A stretch of 64,000 nt of DNA from Pseudomonas aeruginosa PAO1 (GTDB taxonomy: Bacteria; Pseudomonadota; Gammaproteobacteria; Pseudomonadales; Pseudomonadaceae): NCBI RefSeq assembly GCF_000006765.1, contig NC_002516.2; one strand, 5' to 3'. The position numbers and the translations under genes were made by a program. The notes below the pieces were generated by a model that made no database searches, had not been told where the DNA came from, and saw only the letters and a program-made list of their open reading frames with translations. Positions within the stretch are counted from its first letter, which is position 1; every line of letters begins with the position of its first letter. Positions 40,656 to 52,178 of this stretch are shown piece after piece.

Positions 40656-41726
40656 TCAGCCCTGGGAAAGCAGCTGGCGCAGGTCGATCACCGCGGCGTT
40701 GGCGCGGGAAATGTAGTTGGCCATCACCAGCGAGTGGTTGGCCAGGATGCCGTAGCCGCTGCCGTTCAGCACCATCGGGCTCCACAACGGCTCCTGCGCG
40801 GCCTCCAGTTCGCGGATGATCTGCCGCACGCTGACCGTGGCGTTCTTCTTCGCCAGCACGTCGGCGAAGTCGACCTCGATGGCGCGCAGCAGGTGCGACA
40901 GCGCCCAGGCCTGGCCCCGGGCCTCGTAGAAGACGTTGTCGATCTGCAGCCAGGGGGTTTCCTGGACCACTTCCTCGACCTTGGGCGCCTCGCCCGGCTG
41001 TACCTCTTCGGGGTTCTTGATGTTGGTGTTCAGCTTGACCCGGCCGACGCTCGCCGACAGGCGCTGGGACAGCGAGCCCAGGCGGGTGGCGACGTCGCCC
41101 AGCCAGTTGTTCAGGTTGTCGGCGCGGGCATAGAACTGCGCGTTGGGCTGGTTCGGGTCGGACAGACGGGCCAGGTAGCGATCCAGCGACTTGATGCCTT
41201 CCTGGTACTCCGACTCGGACGCCGGCAGCGCCCAGCTCTTGTTGTCGAAGTTGAAACGCGGCTCGGCGCGAGCCAGGTCGGCGTCCTCGGTGGACTGCGA
41301 CTGCGAACGGGCGAAATCCTTGCGCAGCGCCCGGCTGATGTCGCGCACCTGGACCAGCACGCCATACTCCCAGCTGGGCATGTTGTCCATCCAGATGCCC
41401 GGCGGGAAGATGTCGTTGGAGATGTAGCCGCCCGGCTTGGTCAGCAGGGTATCGACTACTTCCTTGAGGGTCTCCACCGTGGTGTAGCCGGTGACCATCT
41501 GCCGCCCGGCGCGCTCGGCGGCGGCCTGGGCGTCCTGCTGCACGGGGAACAGGTCGGGTTCCTGGCTCCAGTACCAGCCAACCAGCATCGCCACCAGCAG
41601 GTAGATGCCCAGCAGGCCTCCCACCACGCGCACCAGCCAGGGGCCGCCGAAGTAGGTACGCACATCATCCACGGAATTGTCCACGCGATCGCGCATGGTC
41701 CCACGACGCTTCTTCCAGTCCAGCAT
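40656..41726 (-). CDS. DUF2333-like single-TM periplasmic protein
   Basis: ATG at 41726, 356 aa; one N-terminal TM; KPGGYISND, DNMPSWEYG and IDNVFYEARG motifs. Confidence 0.8.
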   Translation of the reverse strand: MLDWKKRRGTMRDRVDNSVDDVRTYFGGPWLVRVVGGLLGIYLLVAMLVGWYWSQEPDLFPVQQDAQAAAERAGRQMVTGYTTVETLKEVVDTLLTKPGGYISNDIFPPGIWMDNMPSWEYGVLVQVRDISRALRKDFARSQSQSTEDADLARAEPRFNFDNKSWALPASESEYQEGIKSLDRYLARLSDPNQPNAQFYARADNLNNWLGDVATRLGSLSQRLSASVGRVKLNTNIKNPEEVQPGEAPKVEEVVQETPWLQIDNVFYEARGQAWALSHLLRAIEVDFADVLAKKNATVSVRQIIRELEAAQEPLWSPMVLNGSGYGILANHSLVMANYISRANAAVIDLRQLLSQG

Positions 41727-42078
41727 GGCAAGGGTCCTTAAAACAGCTCGATAGATGGGGGATTGGACCATGGCGAACGCGTTCCGTGCCAAGCGCCAAC
41801 CCTTCCAGGACGCCGAAAACCTCGGCATCGTCGGCTTTCAGCGTAGTGGAAGCCGGTTTTGTGCCGGAATGCTCAGTGAGAATTTTCCGAAACAGGCATA
41901 AGCATGCCGTAGTCCGTCGCACAAAGGCACCCACCAACAGGTGGGGATGACATTTGGAAAAGAAAAGGCTCCTCTCGTCAGCCGCCCAACGGCCGCTGGC
42001 TTTCATGGCGATAGGTGATAGCATAGAGCCATCATTCGCAGCGACGCTCTGCCGCGAAGACCACGAAAGAAGCGCGTC

Positions 42079-43707
42079 ATGATGACCGAGCACGATGACC
42101 CGACCCTGGACCGCCTGAAGCACCACTTCGCCCAGCGAGTGATCAACCAGGCGCGCCAGGTTCTGGAGGTCTGGCAACGCCTGACCCGCGCGGAGTGGAA
42201 CAGCGACGGCATGGAAGAACTGGCCGACGCCACCCTGCGCCTGCAGCGCTACGCCGAACGCTTCGAGCAAGCCGAGCATGCCCAGTTGGCCGGTGCCATC
42301 GACCGTACCCTGGACGTCGTCGAGGCCAACCGCGGCCGGCTTTCCAGCGAGTCGATCAGCGAACTCAACCAGTTGATGCAGCGCCTGTCGCGCACAGGCC
42401 TGCGGCATGGCGACCAGCTCGAGCACACCGTCCTGCCGCCGTTGCGCAAACCGGTCTACCTGGCACTGAAGGACCGCGAACGCGCCGAGCGCCTGGCCCA
42501 GCAACTGGAGTTCTTCGGTCTGCAGGCGCTGAGCTGCGAGACCGCCGACGCCTTCCGCGCCAGCATGCGCGAACGCTACCCGGCGGCGATCGTCATGGAA
42601 GTCGACTTCGCCGGCCCCGACATGGGCCTGCGACTGGCCAGCGAGGCCCAGGCCGGCCTCGAACACAAGCTGCCGGTGCTGTTCTTCAGCGACAGCGAAA
42701 CCGACACACCGACCCGCCTGGCCGCGGCCCGCGCCGGCGGCCAGGAATTCTTCACCGGCACCCTGGACGCCTCCAGCGTGCTGGAAAAGATCGAGACCCT
42801 CAGCCGCCTGAGCTTCTACGAGCCCTACCGGGTACTGATCGTCGACGACTCCCGGGCCCAGGCGCTGCACACCGAGATGGTCCTCAACAGCGCCGGGATC
42901 ATCACCCGCGCACTCACCGAGCCACTGTCGGTGATGGCCGAGCTGAGCGACTTCCAGCCCGACCTGATCATCCTCGACATGTACATGCCCGAATGCCTGG
43001 GCACCGAATTGGCCAAGGTGATCCGCCAGCACGAGCGCCACGTCAGCGTGCCGATCATCTACCTGTCCGCCGAGGACGACCTGGACAAGCAGCTGGACGC
43101 CATGAGCGAAGGCGGCGACGACTTCCTCACCAAGCCGATCCGCCCGCGCCACCTGATCGCCACCGTGCGCACCCGCGCCAGCCGCGCGCGCAGCCTGAAG
43201 GCGCGGATGGTGCGCGACAGCCTGACCGGCCTGTACAACCACACCCATACCCTGCAACTGCTCGAGGACGCCCGTCTGCGCGCACGTCGCGATGGCCGTC
43301 CGCTGAGCTTCGCGATGCTCGACATCGACCACTTCAAGCAGGTCAACGACCGTTTCGGCCACCCCATGGGCGACCGGGTGATCAAGGGCCTGGCGCTGTT
43401 CCTCAAGCAACGCCTGCGCAAGACCGACCACATCGGCCGCTATGGCGGCGAAGAGTTCGCCGTGGTCCTTCCGGACACCGACCTGGACGCCGCGCGCCTG
43501 GTGCTCGACGAGATTCGCCAGCGCTTCGCCGAGATCCACTACCCGGCGCAACCGACCGACCTGCGCTGCACCTTCAGTTGCGGCATCGCCGAGCTGACCC
43601 CGGACCTCGATATCAAGAGCATGGCCAAGCAGGCCGACGAAGCGCTGTACCGGGCCAAGCACGGCGGGCGCAACCGGATCGAGGTATATCGTCCCGACGC
43701 TCGATAA
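42079..43707 (+). CDS. gcbA: Diguanylate cyclase GcbA (helical N-domain, two REC domains, GGDEF)
   Basis: 542 aa; degenerate REC1, intact REC2 (LDMYMP), RKTD I-site, GGEEF active site. Confidence 0.88.
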   Translation: MMTEHDDPTLDRLKHHFAQRVINQARQVLEVWQRLTRAEWNSDGMEELADATLRLQRYAERFEQAEHAQLAGAIDRTLDVVEANRGRLSSESISELNQLMQRLSRTGLRHGDQLEHTVLPPLRKPVYLALKDRERAERLAQQLEFFGLQALSCETADAFRASMRERYPAAIVMEVDFAGPDMGLRLASEAQAGLEHKLPVLFFSDSETDTPTRLAAARAGGQEFFTGTLDASSVLEKIETLSRLSFYEPYRVLIVDDSRAQALHTEMVLNSAGIITRALTEPLSVMAELSDFQPDLIILDMYMPECLGTELAKVIRQHERHVSVPIIYLSAEDDLDKQLDAMSEGGDDFLTKPIRPRHLIATVRTRASRARSLKARMVRDSLTGLYNHTHTLQLLEDARLRARRDGRPLSFAMLDIDHFKQVNDRFGHPMGDRVIKGLALFLKQRLRKTDHIGRYGGEEFAVVLPDTDLDAARLVLDEIRQRFAEIHYPAQPTDLRCTFSCGIAELTPDLDIKSMAKQADEALYRAKHGGRNRIEVYRPDAR

Positions 43708-43714
43708 TGGCCTT

Positions 43715-43732
43715 TTGTCATCAACCGGTAAC
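43715..43732 (+). promoter_or_regulatory. Pho box upstream of ctpL
   Basis: TTGTCAT-CAAC-CGGTAAC, an 11-nt-period match to CTGTCAT-N4-CTGTCAT; CtpL is a known phosphate-starvation chemoreceptor. Confidence 0.7.
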
Positions 43733-43784
43733 CGAACGGAAATAACCTGCGGTCTCGCCGTTCCGTAGTCGGACGAGACTCGCC

Positions 43785-45758
43785 ATGCGCCTCAAGCAAC
43801 TCACCAACCTCAACACCCTGCTCCTGCTCACCGTCTGCCTCGCCCTGGGAATCACCCTGTGGTGGTCGCAACGCGCCATGGAGCGGCCCTTCCAGTTGCT
43901 CGACCAGTACCTGGAGCTGTCGCAGCGCTTCGACGAACAGGTCGCGCGCAACATCCGCCAGTACCTCGGCAGCGGCGACGCCGTGCGCCAGCAGGCCGCG
44001 CTGCAAGCCCTGGAAAGCCTCGCCGAGGCCTTGCCGGAGCTACCGCCGGACCTCGCCCGGACCCTCGCGCCAAGCCTCGCGGAGTTGCGCGAATTCAGCG
44101 CCGGCGACCTGCTCGCCGCCGGCAAGCTCGCCGGCGACCCGCAGGGCCTGCTGCTACAGGCCGAGCGCGACCTCACCGGCAACCTGGAACAATGGTCCGC
44201 CTACCTGGACGCCGCGGCGGGGCAGCCCCAGGCCGGCGCCTACCGCACCCCGCTGCTGCTCGCCAGCCTGCACCTGACCCGCCTCAGCCTGGCCCGCGCC
44301 AAGCTGGTGGAAAGCGCCAACCCGGCCCTGGCCGGCGACGTCGAGCGCGAATTGGCCAACCTGCGCGAGCAGGCCGGGCGGATCGAGGCCTTGCCGCTGC
44401 TCGGCGTGCTCGACGAGCAACGCTCGGCCAGCGACGACTTCGCCGCCATGATGGGGCTGGCCGGCGACGCCGAGGCTGGCGCCGGCAATGCCGAAGACCG
44501 CGGCGTGGCGCTGCGGCGCGAACTCGCCAGCCTGCTGCAACGCTATCCGGACGAGTTGCGCCGCACCCGCGACCTGATCGAGCGTCGCCAGCAACTGTCC
44601 GCCGACACCGGCGCCAGACTGGACGCGGTGCGCCAGGCCCTGGCCACCCTGGAACCGCAGGTGCGCGGCGAACGCCAGCGCCTGCAAGGCCAGGTACGCC
44701 TGATCCAGGGTGGGATGATCGCCCTGATCCTGCTCATCGCCCTCGCCATCGACAGCCTGCAAAGACGCCTGGCGCGGGTCCTCGGGCAACTGGTGCCGGC
44801 GCTCTCGGCCTGGGCCGACGGCGACTTCTCGCGCCCCATATCCCTGCGTACCCGCACCGAGGACCTGCGCAACCTGGAAGATTCGCTGAACCGCCTGCGC
44901 AGCTTCCTCGCCGAGCTGGTCGGCGCGATCCACCGCCGCGCCGAACAGGTCGCCGGCAGCAGCCAGACCCTGGCCGAGGTCAGCAGCGGCCTGCACGCCG
45001 GGGTCGAGCGCCAGGCCGGCGATACCGGGCAGATCCGCGACGCCCTCGGCGACATGGAAGCGGCGATCCAGCAGGTCGCCGGAGACGCCAGCCAGACCGC
45101 CGACGCCAGTCGCAGCGCAGGCCAGGCAGTGGAGCATGGCCAGCGGGTGATCGGCGAGAGCCTGGGCGGCCTGCGCGAGCTGGTCGACGAGGTGCAAGGC
45201 AACGCCCAGTCGATCGAGCGCCTAGCCGAGGAGTCGGCGACCATCGGCAGCGTGCTGACGGTGATCCGCTCGATCGCCGAACAGACCAACCTGCTCGCCC
45301 TCAATGCCGCCATCGAGGCCGCCCGCGCCGGCGACCAGGGCCGCGGCTTCGCCGTGGTCGCCGAGGAAGTCCGCTCGCTGGCCCAGCGCACCGCCGGCGC
45401 CACCGAGGAGATCCAGCAGCTCATCGGCCGCCTGCAACAGGCCGCGCGGCAATCGGTGGAGGCCATGCGCAGCCAGGTCGAGCATGCCGAACGCACCGCC
45501 GAACAGGCCGGCGCGGCGGAAGGCGCGCTGGACGAAGTGGTCGCCGCGATCCATACCATCGGCGTGATGGCCGAACGCATCGCCGAAGGCTCGACCCAGC
45601 AGAGCCAGGCGGTCGGCGAGATTCGCTCGCACAGCGAACGCATCCACGCCCTGGGCGGGGAAAACCTGCGGCTGATCGGCCATAGCCGCGAACAGGGCGA
45701 GCAACTGCGGCAACTGGGCGGCGACCTGCGCACCACGGTGCAGGCCTTCCGCCTGTGA
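43785..45758 (+). CDS. ctpL: Methyl-accepting chemotaxis protein (low-Pi chemoreceptor)
   Basis: 657 aa; two TM, HAMP, MCP signature [28 protein letters not shown]. Confidence 0.88.
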   Translation: MRLKQLTNLNTLLLLTVCLALGITLWWSQRAMERPFQLLDQYLELSQRFDEQVARNIRQYLGSGDAVRQQAALQALESLAEALPELPPDLARTLAPSLAELREFSAGDLLAAGKLAGDPQGLLLQAERDLTGNLEQWSAYLDAAAGQPQAGAYRTPLLLASLHLTRLSLARAKLVESANPALAGDVERELANLREQAGRIEALPLLGVLDEQRSASDDFAAMMGLAGDAEAGAGNAEDRGVALRRELASLLQRYPDELRRTRDLIERRQQLSADTGARLDAVRQALATLEPQVRGERQRLQGQVRLIQGGMIALILLIALAIDSLQRRLARVLGQLVPALSAWADGDFSRPISLRTRTEDLRNLEDSLNRLRSFLAELVGAIHRRAEQVAGSSQTLAEVSSGLHAGVERQAGDTGQIRDALGDMEAAIQQVAGDASQTADASRSAGQAVEHGQRVIGESLGGLRELVDEVQGNAQSIERLAEESATIGSVLTVIRSIAEQTNLLALNAAIEAARAGDQGRGFAVVAEEVRSLAQRTAGATEEIQQLIGRLQQAARQSVEAMRSQVEHAERTAEQAGAAEGALDEVVAAIHTIGVMAERIAEGSTQQSQAVGEIRSHSERIHALGGENLRLIGHSREQGEQLRQLGGDLRTTVQAFRL

Positions 45759-45917
45759 CCCTGCGGCGACGTGCCGCAAGGCGCCAGGGGAACCGTCTGG
45801 CTTCGGACCGGTCGGATACCGCTCAGCGGAACCGGGGCAGGACCTGATCAGCCGCACGGGGCTCGATCGGGCCCGGCTTTCCGCTATCATTCCGGCTTTT
45901 GATCCGACGAGATATCC

Positions 45918-47693
45918 ATGCGCCGCCTGCTGACCCTGATCCTCCTGCTGGTCGCCCTGCCCGCCGGCGCGGGCCTGTTCGACAGCCGTCCCGGCGCCTC
46001 CCTCGGCGGCGGCCTCGATGGCGGTGGCTTCCTCAAGGTCGACCAGGCGTTCAAGCCCAGCGTCGAGCGCAGCGACGCGCAGCACGTGCTGCTGCGCTTC
46101 GTCAACGCCGAGGGCTACTACCTCTACCGCCACCGCTTCCAGTTCAAGGTCGAGCCAGCCCAGGTCAGCCTCGGCCAGGTGCAGCTGCCGGCGGGCAAGC
46201 AGCACCACGACGAGTACTTCGGCGATACCGAGGTCTACTACAACATCGTCGACCTGGAGATTCCCCTGAACAACCCGGCCCGGCAGCCCTATACCCTCGT
46301 GGTGACGTACCAGGGCTGCGCCGACAAGGGCCTCTGCTACCCCCCGGAAACCAGGCGCTTCGACATCGACGGCGGTGCCGCGACGCCAGCCGCGAGCGAC
46401 GCGGCCGGCAAGGGCCCGCTCGAGCACAAGGGCAAGCGCAGCCTGCTGTTCTTCTTCCTCGCCGGCCTGACCCTGACCTTCACCCCCTGCGTGCTGCCGA
46501 TGCTGCCGATCCTCTCCGGAGTGGTCCTGCGCGGCCGGCCGGGCGGTGGTCGCGGCTTCGTCCTGTCGCTCGCCTACGTGCTGCCGATGGCGCTCTGCTT
46601 CGCCCTGCTCGGCGCGCTGATGGGCATGTTCGGCGCCAGCCTCAATCTCCAGGCGCAATTGCAGTCGCCCTGGGTACTGGTGCCATTCGCGGCGTTCTTC
46701 GCGCTGTTCGCCGTGGCCATGTTCGGCTTCTTCGAGCTGCGCCTGCCCGGCTTCATCCGCGAACCGCTCGACCGCCTGGCCGGCGATGCGCGCGGCGGCT
46801 CGATCCTCGGCGCGGCCACCCTCGGCGTGCTTTCCAGCCTGCTGGTCTCGCCCTGCGTCTCCGCCCCGCTGGCCGCCTCGCTGCTCTATATCAGCGCCAG
46901 CGGCGATGCCTGGGGGGGCGGCCTGCAACTGTTCGCCCTCGGCCTGGGCATGGGTACGCCGCTGGTGGTGTTCGGCGCCGGCGGCGGCGCCCTGCTGCCC
47001 AAGAGCGGAGCCTGGATGAACGGCGTGCGCAACGCCTTCGGCGTGCTGTTGCTGGCGGTCGCCGTGTGGCTGCTGGAGCGGGTGGTGTCCGGCCCGGTGG
47101 CGCTGATGCTCTGGGGCATGCTCGCCGGCGGCGCCGGCCTGGCCCTGGGCGCCCTCGAATTCACCCCGAAGAGCGCCGCACGCCGCCTGCTGCAACTGCT
47201 TGGCCTGATGTTCCTGACCTACGCGGTGGCCGCCTGGATCGGCGCCCTGCAGGGCGAGTCGGACCCGATCCATCCGCTGGGCCGCTCGGTGCCGTCGATC
47301 CATGCCGGGCCGCCGAGCACGCCCGGCGAATGGCAGAACCTGACCACCCCGGCGCAGTTGGACGCCGCCCTGGCCGAGGCACGTCAGGCCGGCAAGCCGG
47401 TGCTGCTGGACTGGTATGCGGACTGGTGCATCAGTTGCAAGGTCATCGAGCGCCAGGTTCTCACCGATCCCACGGTGCAGGCACGACTGCCGGCCTACCG
47501 CCTGCTGCGCTTCGACATCACCGAAAGCAACCCGGCCCAGCGCGGCCTGCTGGACCGCTACAACCTGTTCGGTCCGCCGGCGATCCTGTTCTTCGCCCCG
47601 GGCGGTGACGAATGGAGCGACTTGCGCGTCATCGGAGAGATCGACGCCGCCGGGCTCGCCGAACGACTGCGCCGGGCCGCTACCCGGCAGTGA
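45918..47693 (+). CDS. dipZ: Thiol:disulfide interchange protein DsbD/DipZ
   Basis: 591 aa; QGCADKGLCYPP, TPCVLPM, PCVSAPL and WCISC motifs. Confidence 0.93.
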   Translation: MRRLLTLILLLVALPAGAGLFDSRPGASLGGGLDGGGFLKVDQAFKPSVERSDAQHVLLRFVNAEGYYLYRHRFQFKVEPAQVSLGQVQLPAGKQHHDEYFGDTEVYYNIVDLEIPLNNPARQPYTLVVTYQGCADKGLCYPPETRRFDIDGGAATPAASDAAGKGPLEHKGKRSLLFFFLAGLTLTFTPCVLPMLPILSGVVLRGRPGGGRGFVLSLAYVLPMALCFALLGALMGMFGASLNLQAQLQSPWVLVPFAAFFALFAVAMFGFFELRLPGFIREPLDRLAGDARGGSILGAATLGVLSSLLVSPCVSAPLAASLLYISASGDAWGGGLQLFALGLGMGTPLVVFGAGGGALLPKSGAWMNGVRNAFGVLLLAVAVWLLERVVSGPVALMLWGMLAGGAGLALGALEFTPKSAARRLLQLLGLMFLTYAVAAWIGALQGESDPIHPLGRSVPSIHAGPPSTPGEWQNLTTPAQLDAALAEARQAGKPVLLDWYADWCISCKVIERQVLTDPTVQARLPAYRLLRFDITESNPAQRGLLDRYNLFGPPAILFFAPGGDEWSDLRVIGEIDAAGLAERLRRAATRQ

Positions 47694-47836
47694 CATGCGC
47701 TGACATACTTCTGCCGCAATTGCCGGTCAACATGCGGCGATCTACTGCAATCTAACAGTGACTGGACAGTCATACGGAAATTCCGGCATAGTGCCCGCTT
47801 GCCGTTTGCAGCCTGTACAGGACAATCAACAAGACA

Positions 47837-48280
47837 ATGGCGACCCTCCTCGTATTGCACGGGCCGAATCTGAACCTGCTGGGCACCCGCGAGCCCGGCA
47901 CCTACGGTTCGACCACCCTCGGGCAGATCAACCAGGACCTCGAGCGCCGCGCCCGCGAAGCCGGCCACCACCTGCTGCATCTGCAGAGCAACGCCGAATA
48001 CGAACTGATCGACCGGATCCATGCCGCGCGCGACGAAGGCGTGGACTTCATCATCATCAATCCGGCGGCATTCACCCATACCAGCGTCGCGTTACGTGAC
48101 GCGCTGCTTGCGGTGAGCATCCCATTCATCGAAGTGCACCTGTCGAACGTGCACAAACGTGAACCTTTCCGGCATCACTCCTACTTCTCCGACGTGGCGG
48201 TAGGGGTGATCTGCGGTCTCGGCGCCACAGGCTACCGCCTGGCCCTGGAATCCGCCCTTGAACAACTTCAACGCCCCTGA
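47837..48280 (+). CDS. aroQ: Type II 3-dehydroquinate dehydratase
   Basis: 147 aa; [24 protein letters not shown] and EVHLSN motifs. Confidence 0.97.
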   Translation: MATLLVLHGPNLNLLGTREPGTYGSTTLGQINQDLERRAREAGHHLLHLQSNAEYELIDRIHAARDEGVDFIIINPAAFTHTSVALRDALLAVSIPFIEVHLSNVHKREPFRHHSYFSDVAVGVICGLGATGYRLALESALEQLQRP

Positions 48281-48303
48281 CCTCACTGGGAGTGCTAGCG
48301 CTA

Positions 48304-48774
48304 ATGGACATTCGTAAAGTCAAGAAACTGATCGAGCTGCTGGAAGAGTCCGGTATCGACGAGCTGGAAATCCGCGAAGGCGAAGAGTCGGTACGCATCA
48401 GCCGCCACAGCAAGACCGCCGCCCAGCCGGTGTACGCACAGGCTCCGGCCTTCGCCGCTCCGGTCGCCGCGCCGGCGCCGGCAGCCGCCGCTCCGGCCGC
48501 CGCTGCCGCGGAAAGCGCCCCGGCCGCTCCGAAGCTGAACGGCAACGTGGTTCGCTCGCCGATGGTCGGCACCTTCTACCGCGCCGCCTCGCCGACCTCG
48601 GCCAACTTCGTCGAAGTCGGCCAGAGCGTGAAGAAAGGCGACATCCTGTGCATCGTCGAAGCCATGAAGATGATGAACCACATCGAAGCCGAAGTTAGCG
48701 GCACCATCGAGTCGATCCTGGTGGAGAACGGCCAGCCGGTTGAGTTCGACCAGCCGCTGTTCACCATCGTCTAA
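48304..48774 (+). CDS. accB: Biotin carboxyl carrier protein
   Basis: ATG at 48304, 156 aa; Ala/Pro linker; EAMKM biotinylation site. Confidence 0.97.
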   Translation: MDIRKVKKLIELLEESGIDELEIREGEESVRISRHSKTAAQPVYAQAPAFAAPVAAPAPAAAAPAAAAAESAPAAPKLNGNVVRSPMVGTFYRAASPTSANFVEVGQSVKKGDILCIVEAMKMMNHIEAEVSGTIESILVENGQPVEFDQPLFTIV

Positions 48775-48791
48775 GCCGCGGGGAACCTGCG

Positions 48792-50141
48792 ATGTTGGAA
48801 AAAGTGCTGATCGCCAACCGCGGCGAAATCGCCTTGCGCATCCTTCGCGCATGCAAGGAGCTGGGGATCAAGACGGTGGCGGTACACTCCACCGCCGACC
48901 GCGAGTTGATGCACCTGTCGCTCGCCGACGAATCGGTGTGCATCGGTCCGGCCCCGGCCACCCAGTCGTACCTGCAGATCCCGGCGATCATCGCCGCGGC
49001 CGAGGTCACCGGCGCCACCGCGATCCACCCCGGCTACGGCTTCCTCGCCGAGAACGCCGACTTCGCCGAGCAGATCGAACGCTCCGGCTTCACCTTCGTC
49101 GGCCCGACCGCCGAGGTGATCCGCCTGATGGGCGACAAGGTTTCGGCCAAGGACGCCATGAAGCGCGCCGGCGTCCCCACCGTGCCGGGCTCCGACGGCC
49201 CGCTGCCGGAAGATGAAGAGACCGCCCTGGCGATCGCCCGCGAGGTCGGCTACCCGGTGATCATCAAGGCCGCCGGCGGCGGCGGTGGGCGCGGCATGCG
49301 CGTGGTCTACGACGAGTCCGAGCTGATCAAGTCGGCCAAGCTGACCCGCACCGAGGCCGGCGCGGCGTTCGGCAACCCGATGGTCTACCTGGAGAAGTTC
49401 CTGACCAACCCGCGCCACGTGGAAGTCCAGGTGCTTTCCGACGGCCAGGGCAACGCCATCCACCTCGGCGACCGCGACTGCTCCCTGCAGCGCCGCCACC
49501 AGAAGGTGATCGAAGAGGCGCCGGCCCCCGGCATCGACGAGAAGGCTCGCCAGGAAGTCTTCGCCCGCTGCGTCCAGGCCTGCATCGAGATCGGCTACCG
49601 CGGCGCCGGCACCTTCGAGTTCCTCTACGAGAACGGCCGCTTCTACTTCATCGAGATGAACACTCGCGTGCAGGTGGAGCACCCGGTATCTGAGATGGTC
49701 ACCGGTGTCGACATCGTCAAGGAGATGCTGCGCATCGCCTCCGGCGAGAAGCTCTCGATCCGCCAGGAGGACGTGGTCATCCGCGGCCATGCGCTGGAAT
49801 GCCGGATCAACGCCGAAGACCCGAAGACCTTCATGCCCAGCCCGGGCAAGGTCAAGCACTTCCACGCCCCCGGCGGCAACGGCGTGCGCGTCGACTCGCA
49901 CCTCTACAGCGGCTACAGCGTGCCGCCGAACTACGACTCGCTGGTCGGCAAGGTCATCACCTACGGTGCCGACCGCGACGAGGCGCTGGCGCGGATGCGC
50001 AATGCCCTGGACGAGTTGATCGTCGACGGTATCAAGACCAATACCGAACTGCACAAGGACCTGGTGCGCGACGCCGCCTTCTGCAAGGGCGGGGTGAACA
50101 TCCATTACCTGGAGAAGAAACTGGGTATGGACAAGCACTGA
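48792..50141 (+). CDS. accC: Biotin carboxylase
   Basis: 449 aa; [24 protein letters not shown] and [10 protein letters not shown] motifs. Confidence 0.98.
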   Translation: MLEKVLIANRGEIALRILRACKELGIKTVAVHSTADRELMHLSLADESVCIGPAPATQSYLQIPAIIAAAEVTGATAIHPGYGFLAENADFAEQIERSGFTFVGPTAEVIRLMGDKVSAKDAMKRAGVPTVPGSDGPLPEDEETALAIAREVGYPVIIKAAGGGGGRGMRVVYDESELIKSAKLTRTEAGAAFGNPMVYLEKFLTNPRHVEVQVLSDGQGNAIHLGDRDCSLQRRHQKVIEEAPAPGIDEKARQEVFARCVQACIEIGYRGAGTFEFLYENGRFYFIEMNTRVQVEHPVSEMVTGVDIVKEMLRIASGEKLSIRQEDVVIRGHALECRINAEDPKTFMPSPGKVKHFHAPGGNGVRVDSHLYSGYSVPPNYDSLVGKVITYGADRDEALARMRNALDELIVDGIKTNTELHKDLVRDAAFCKGGVNIHYLEKKLGMDKH

Positions 50142-50160
50142 TCCGTCAGTCGCTGCGCAC

Positions 50161-50191
50161 AAGGGCTGCCTCCGGGCGGCCCTTGTCGTTT
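50161..50191 (+). terminator. Terminator after accC
   Basis: AAGGGCTGCC-TCCG-GGCGGCCCTT stem followed by GTCGTTT. Confidence 0.65.
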
Positions 50192-50251
50192 CCGCCTGCC
50201 GGCCGCCCCAACGGTGCTATCCTCGTCGCCCCTCCACCACCGGACTCCTGC

Positions 50252-51118
50252 ATGGAACGCATCCGCCGCTGGTACCGCCAATCGCTGGCCGCCGCGACCG
50301 AGGCCGCGACCTGCTTCGCCCTGGGTTTCAGGGAAAGCCTGCAACCCGCCGCACTCTTCCGCTCCGCGAGCCTGTGCATTCTCGTCAGCGTGCTGTGCAC
50401 CTGGCTGTTCGTGCATTTCTTCGAACCGATCATCCGCCTCTGCGGCTGGGCCGCGCTGTACACGGCATTCAGCGTGGCCAACTTCGCCCTGATCCCCAGC
50501 GGCTCGCTGATCGAGGCCGGCAGCGGTGGCCCGTACTTCGATCCGCTGGCGGCCTTCAACGGCCTGGCGGGACTGGCGCAACTGGCGTTCTATTTCGTCG
50601 GCTATGCCGCGCTGTTCTTCGTCGCCCTGTACGCCGCCAGCATCGTCTTCGGCATCCGCCTGGGCCTGCGCATCGGCCTGCTCGGACAACTGAAGGAACA
50701 GGTCCGCCAACGCTACCCGCGATTGGCACCTGCCTCCGGCGAAAGGATCTCGCTGTGGCGTGCCGCCGGCTTCCGCCTGGCACCCTGGCTGGGCGTTTCC
50801 GGATCGATCCTGGTCGGCCTGCTGGTTCCGCTCTACAACGGTGTACTCCTGCTGCTGGCGCTGGCCTACCTGAACATCCGCTTCCTGCTGCCCGCCACGC
50901 TGGCCGGGCTGGCCGATGCCGGCGAGCAGCTCGCCGTGCTTCGTGCTCGCCGCGGCAGCCTGTTGCTGTTCGGCCTGCTGATACTGCTCCTGGCGCTGGT
51001 GCCGCTGCTCAACCTGCTGCTGCCGGCGGTGCTCGGCGGCGGTACCTGCCACCTGGCCAATCGCGGCCTGGCGCAACTGCGCGGCGAGGCCACGGCAGAG
51101 AGTGGCAGCGCCGGCTAG
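50252..51118 (+). CDS. EI24/CysZ-like inner-membrane protein
   Basis: ATG at 50252, 288 aa; multi-TM; C-terminal [12 protein letters not shown] pattern. Confidence 0.7.
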   Translation: MERIRRWYRQSLAAATEAATCFALGFRESLQPAALFRSASLCILVSVLCTWLFVHFFEPIIRLCGWAALYTAFSVANFALIPSGSLIEAGSGGPYFDPLAAFNGLAGLAQLAFYFVGYAALFFVALYAASIVFGIRLGLRIGLLGQLKEQVRQRYPRLAPASGERISLWRAAGFRLAPWLGVSGSILVGLLVPLYNGVLLLLALAYLNIRFLLPATLAGLADAGEQLAVLRARRGSLLLFGLLILLLALVPLLNLLLPAVLGGGTCHLANRGLAQLRGEATAESGSAG

Positions 51119-51142
51119 CCTCAAGTAAGCTTGCGCGGTGGA

Positions 51143-51175
51143 AAACGGGTCGCCCCTGGGCGGCCCGTTTCGTTT
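51143..51175 (+). terminator. Terminator before prmA
   Basis: AAACGGGTCGCC/GGCGGCCCGTTT stem followed by CGTTT. Confidence 0.65.
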
Positions 51176-51198
51176 ACAGCCGCAACAGAGGTCGCCCC

Positions 51199-52083
51199 AT
51201 GCCCTGGTTACAAGTTCGCCTGGCCATCACCCCGGAACAGGCCGAAACCTACGAAGACGCCCTGCTCGAAGTCGGCGCCGTCTCCGTGACCTTCATGGAC
51301 GCCGAAGACCAGCCGATCTTCGAGCCGGACCTCGGCACCACCCCGCTGTGGTCGCGCACCCACCTGCTGGCGCTGTTCGAAGCGGACACCGATGAGACCG
51401 CCCTGCTCGCCCACCTCGCCTTGCTTACCGGCGGCGACCTGCCCGAGCACCATGTCGAGGAAATCGCCGACCAGGATTGGGAACGCAGCTGGATGGACAA
51501 CTTCCAGCCGATGCGTTTCGGCCGCCGCCTGTGGATCGTGCCGAGCTGGCACGCCGCCCCCGAGCCGGACGCGGTCAACCTGCTGCTCGATCCGGGCCTG
51601 GCCTTCGGCACCGGCACCCACCCGACCACCGCGCTGTGCCTGGAATGGCTCGACGGCCAGGAACTGGCCGGCCGGCAGGTGCTCGACTTCGGCTGCGGCT
51701 CGGGAATCCTCGCCATCGCCGCGCTGCTGCTCGGCGCCGAACGGGCGGTCGGCACCGACATCGATCCACAGGCCCTGGAAGCCTCGCGCGACAATGCCTC
51801 GCGCAACGGTATCGAGCCCGCGCGGTTCCCTGTCTACCTGCCGGCGGACCTGCCGCAGCGACAGGCCGACGTGCTGGTCGCCAATATCCTCGCCGGCCCG
51901 CTGGTTTCCCTCGCCCCGCAACTGACCGGCCTGGTACGTCCCGGCGGCCTGCTGGCGTTGTCCGGCATCCTCGCCGAGCAGGCCGAGGAGGTCCGCGCGG
52001 CCTACTCCGCACACTTCGATCTCGACCCGACCGCCGAGCGCGAAGGCTGGATCCGCATCAGCGGCCGCCGCCGCGCCGATTGA
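51199..52083 (+). CDS. prmA: Ribosomal protein L11 methyltransferase
   Basis: ATG at 51199, 294 aa; [23 protein letters not shown] and VANILA motifs. Confidence 0.97.
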   Translation: MPWLQVRLAITPEQAETYEDALLEVGAVSVTFMDAEDQPIFEPDLGTTPLWSRTHLLALFEADTDETALLAHLALLTGGDLPEHHVEEIADQDWERSWMDNFQPMRFGRRLWIVPSWHAAPEPDAVNLLLDPGLAFGTGTHPTTALCLEWLDGQELAGRQVLDFGCGSGILAIAALLLGAERAVGTDIDPQALEASRDNASRNGIEPARFPVYLPADLPQRQADVLVANILAGPLVSLAPQLTGLVRPGGLLALSGILAEQAEEVRAAYSAHFDLDPTAEREGWIRISGRRRAD

Positions 52084-52178
52084 TGGCGCGCCGCCAGCCA
52101 CCACTGATCCCGCCCCACTGCCTTCGTGCAAGAAGCTTGGGGTAGACTAGCCGCCGGATTTTCCCTACGGATCGCCGC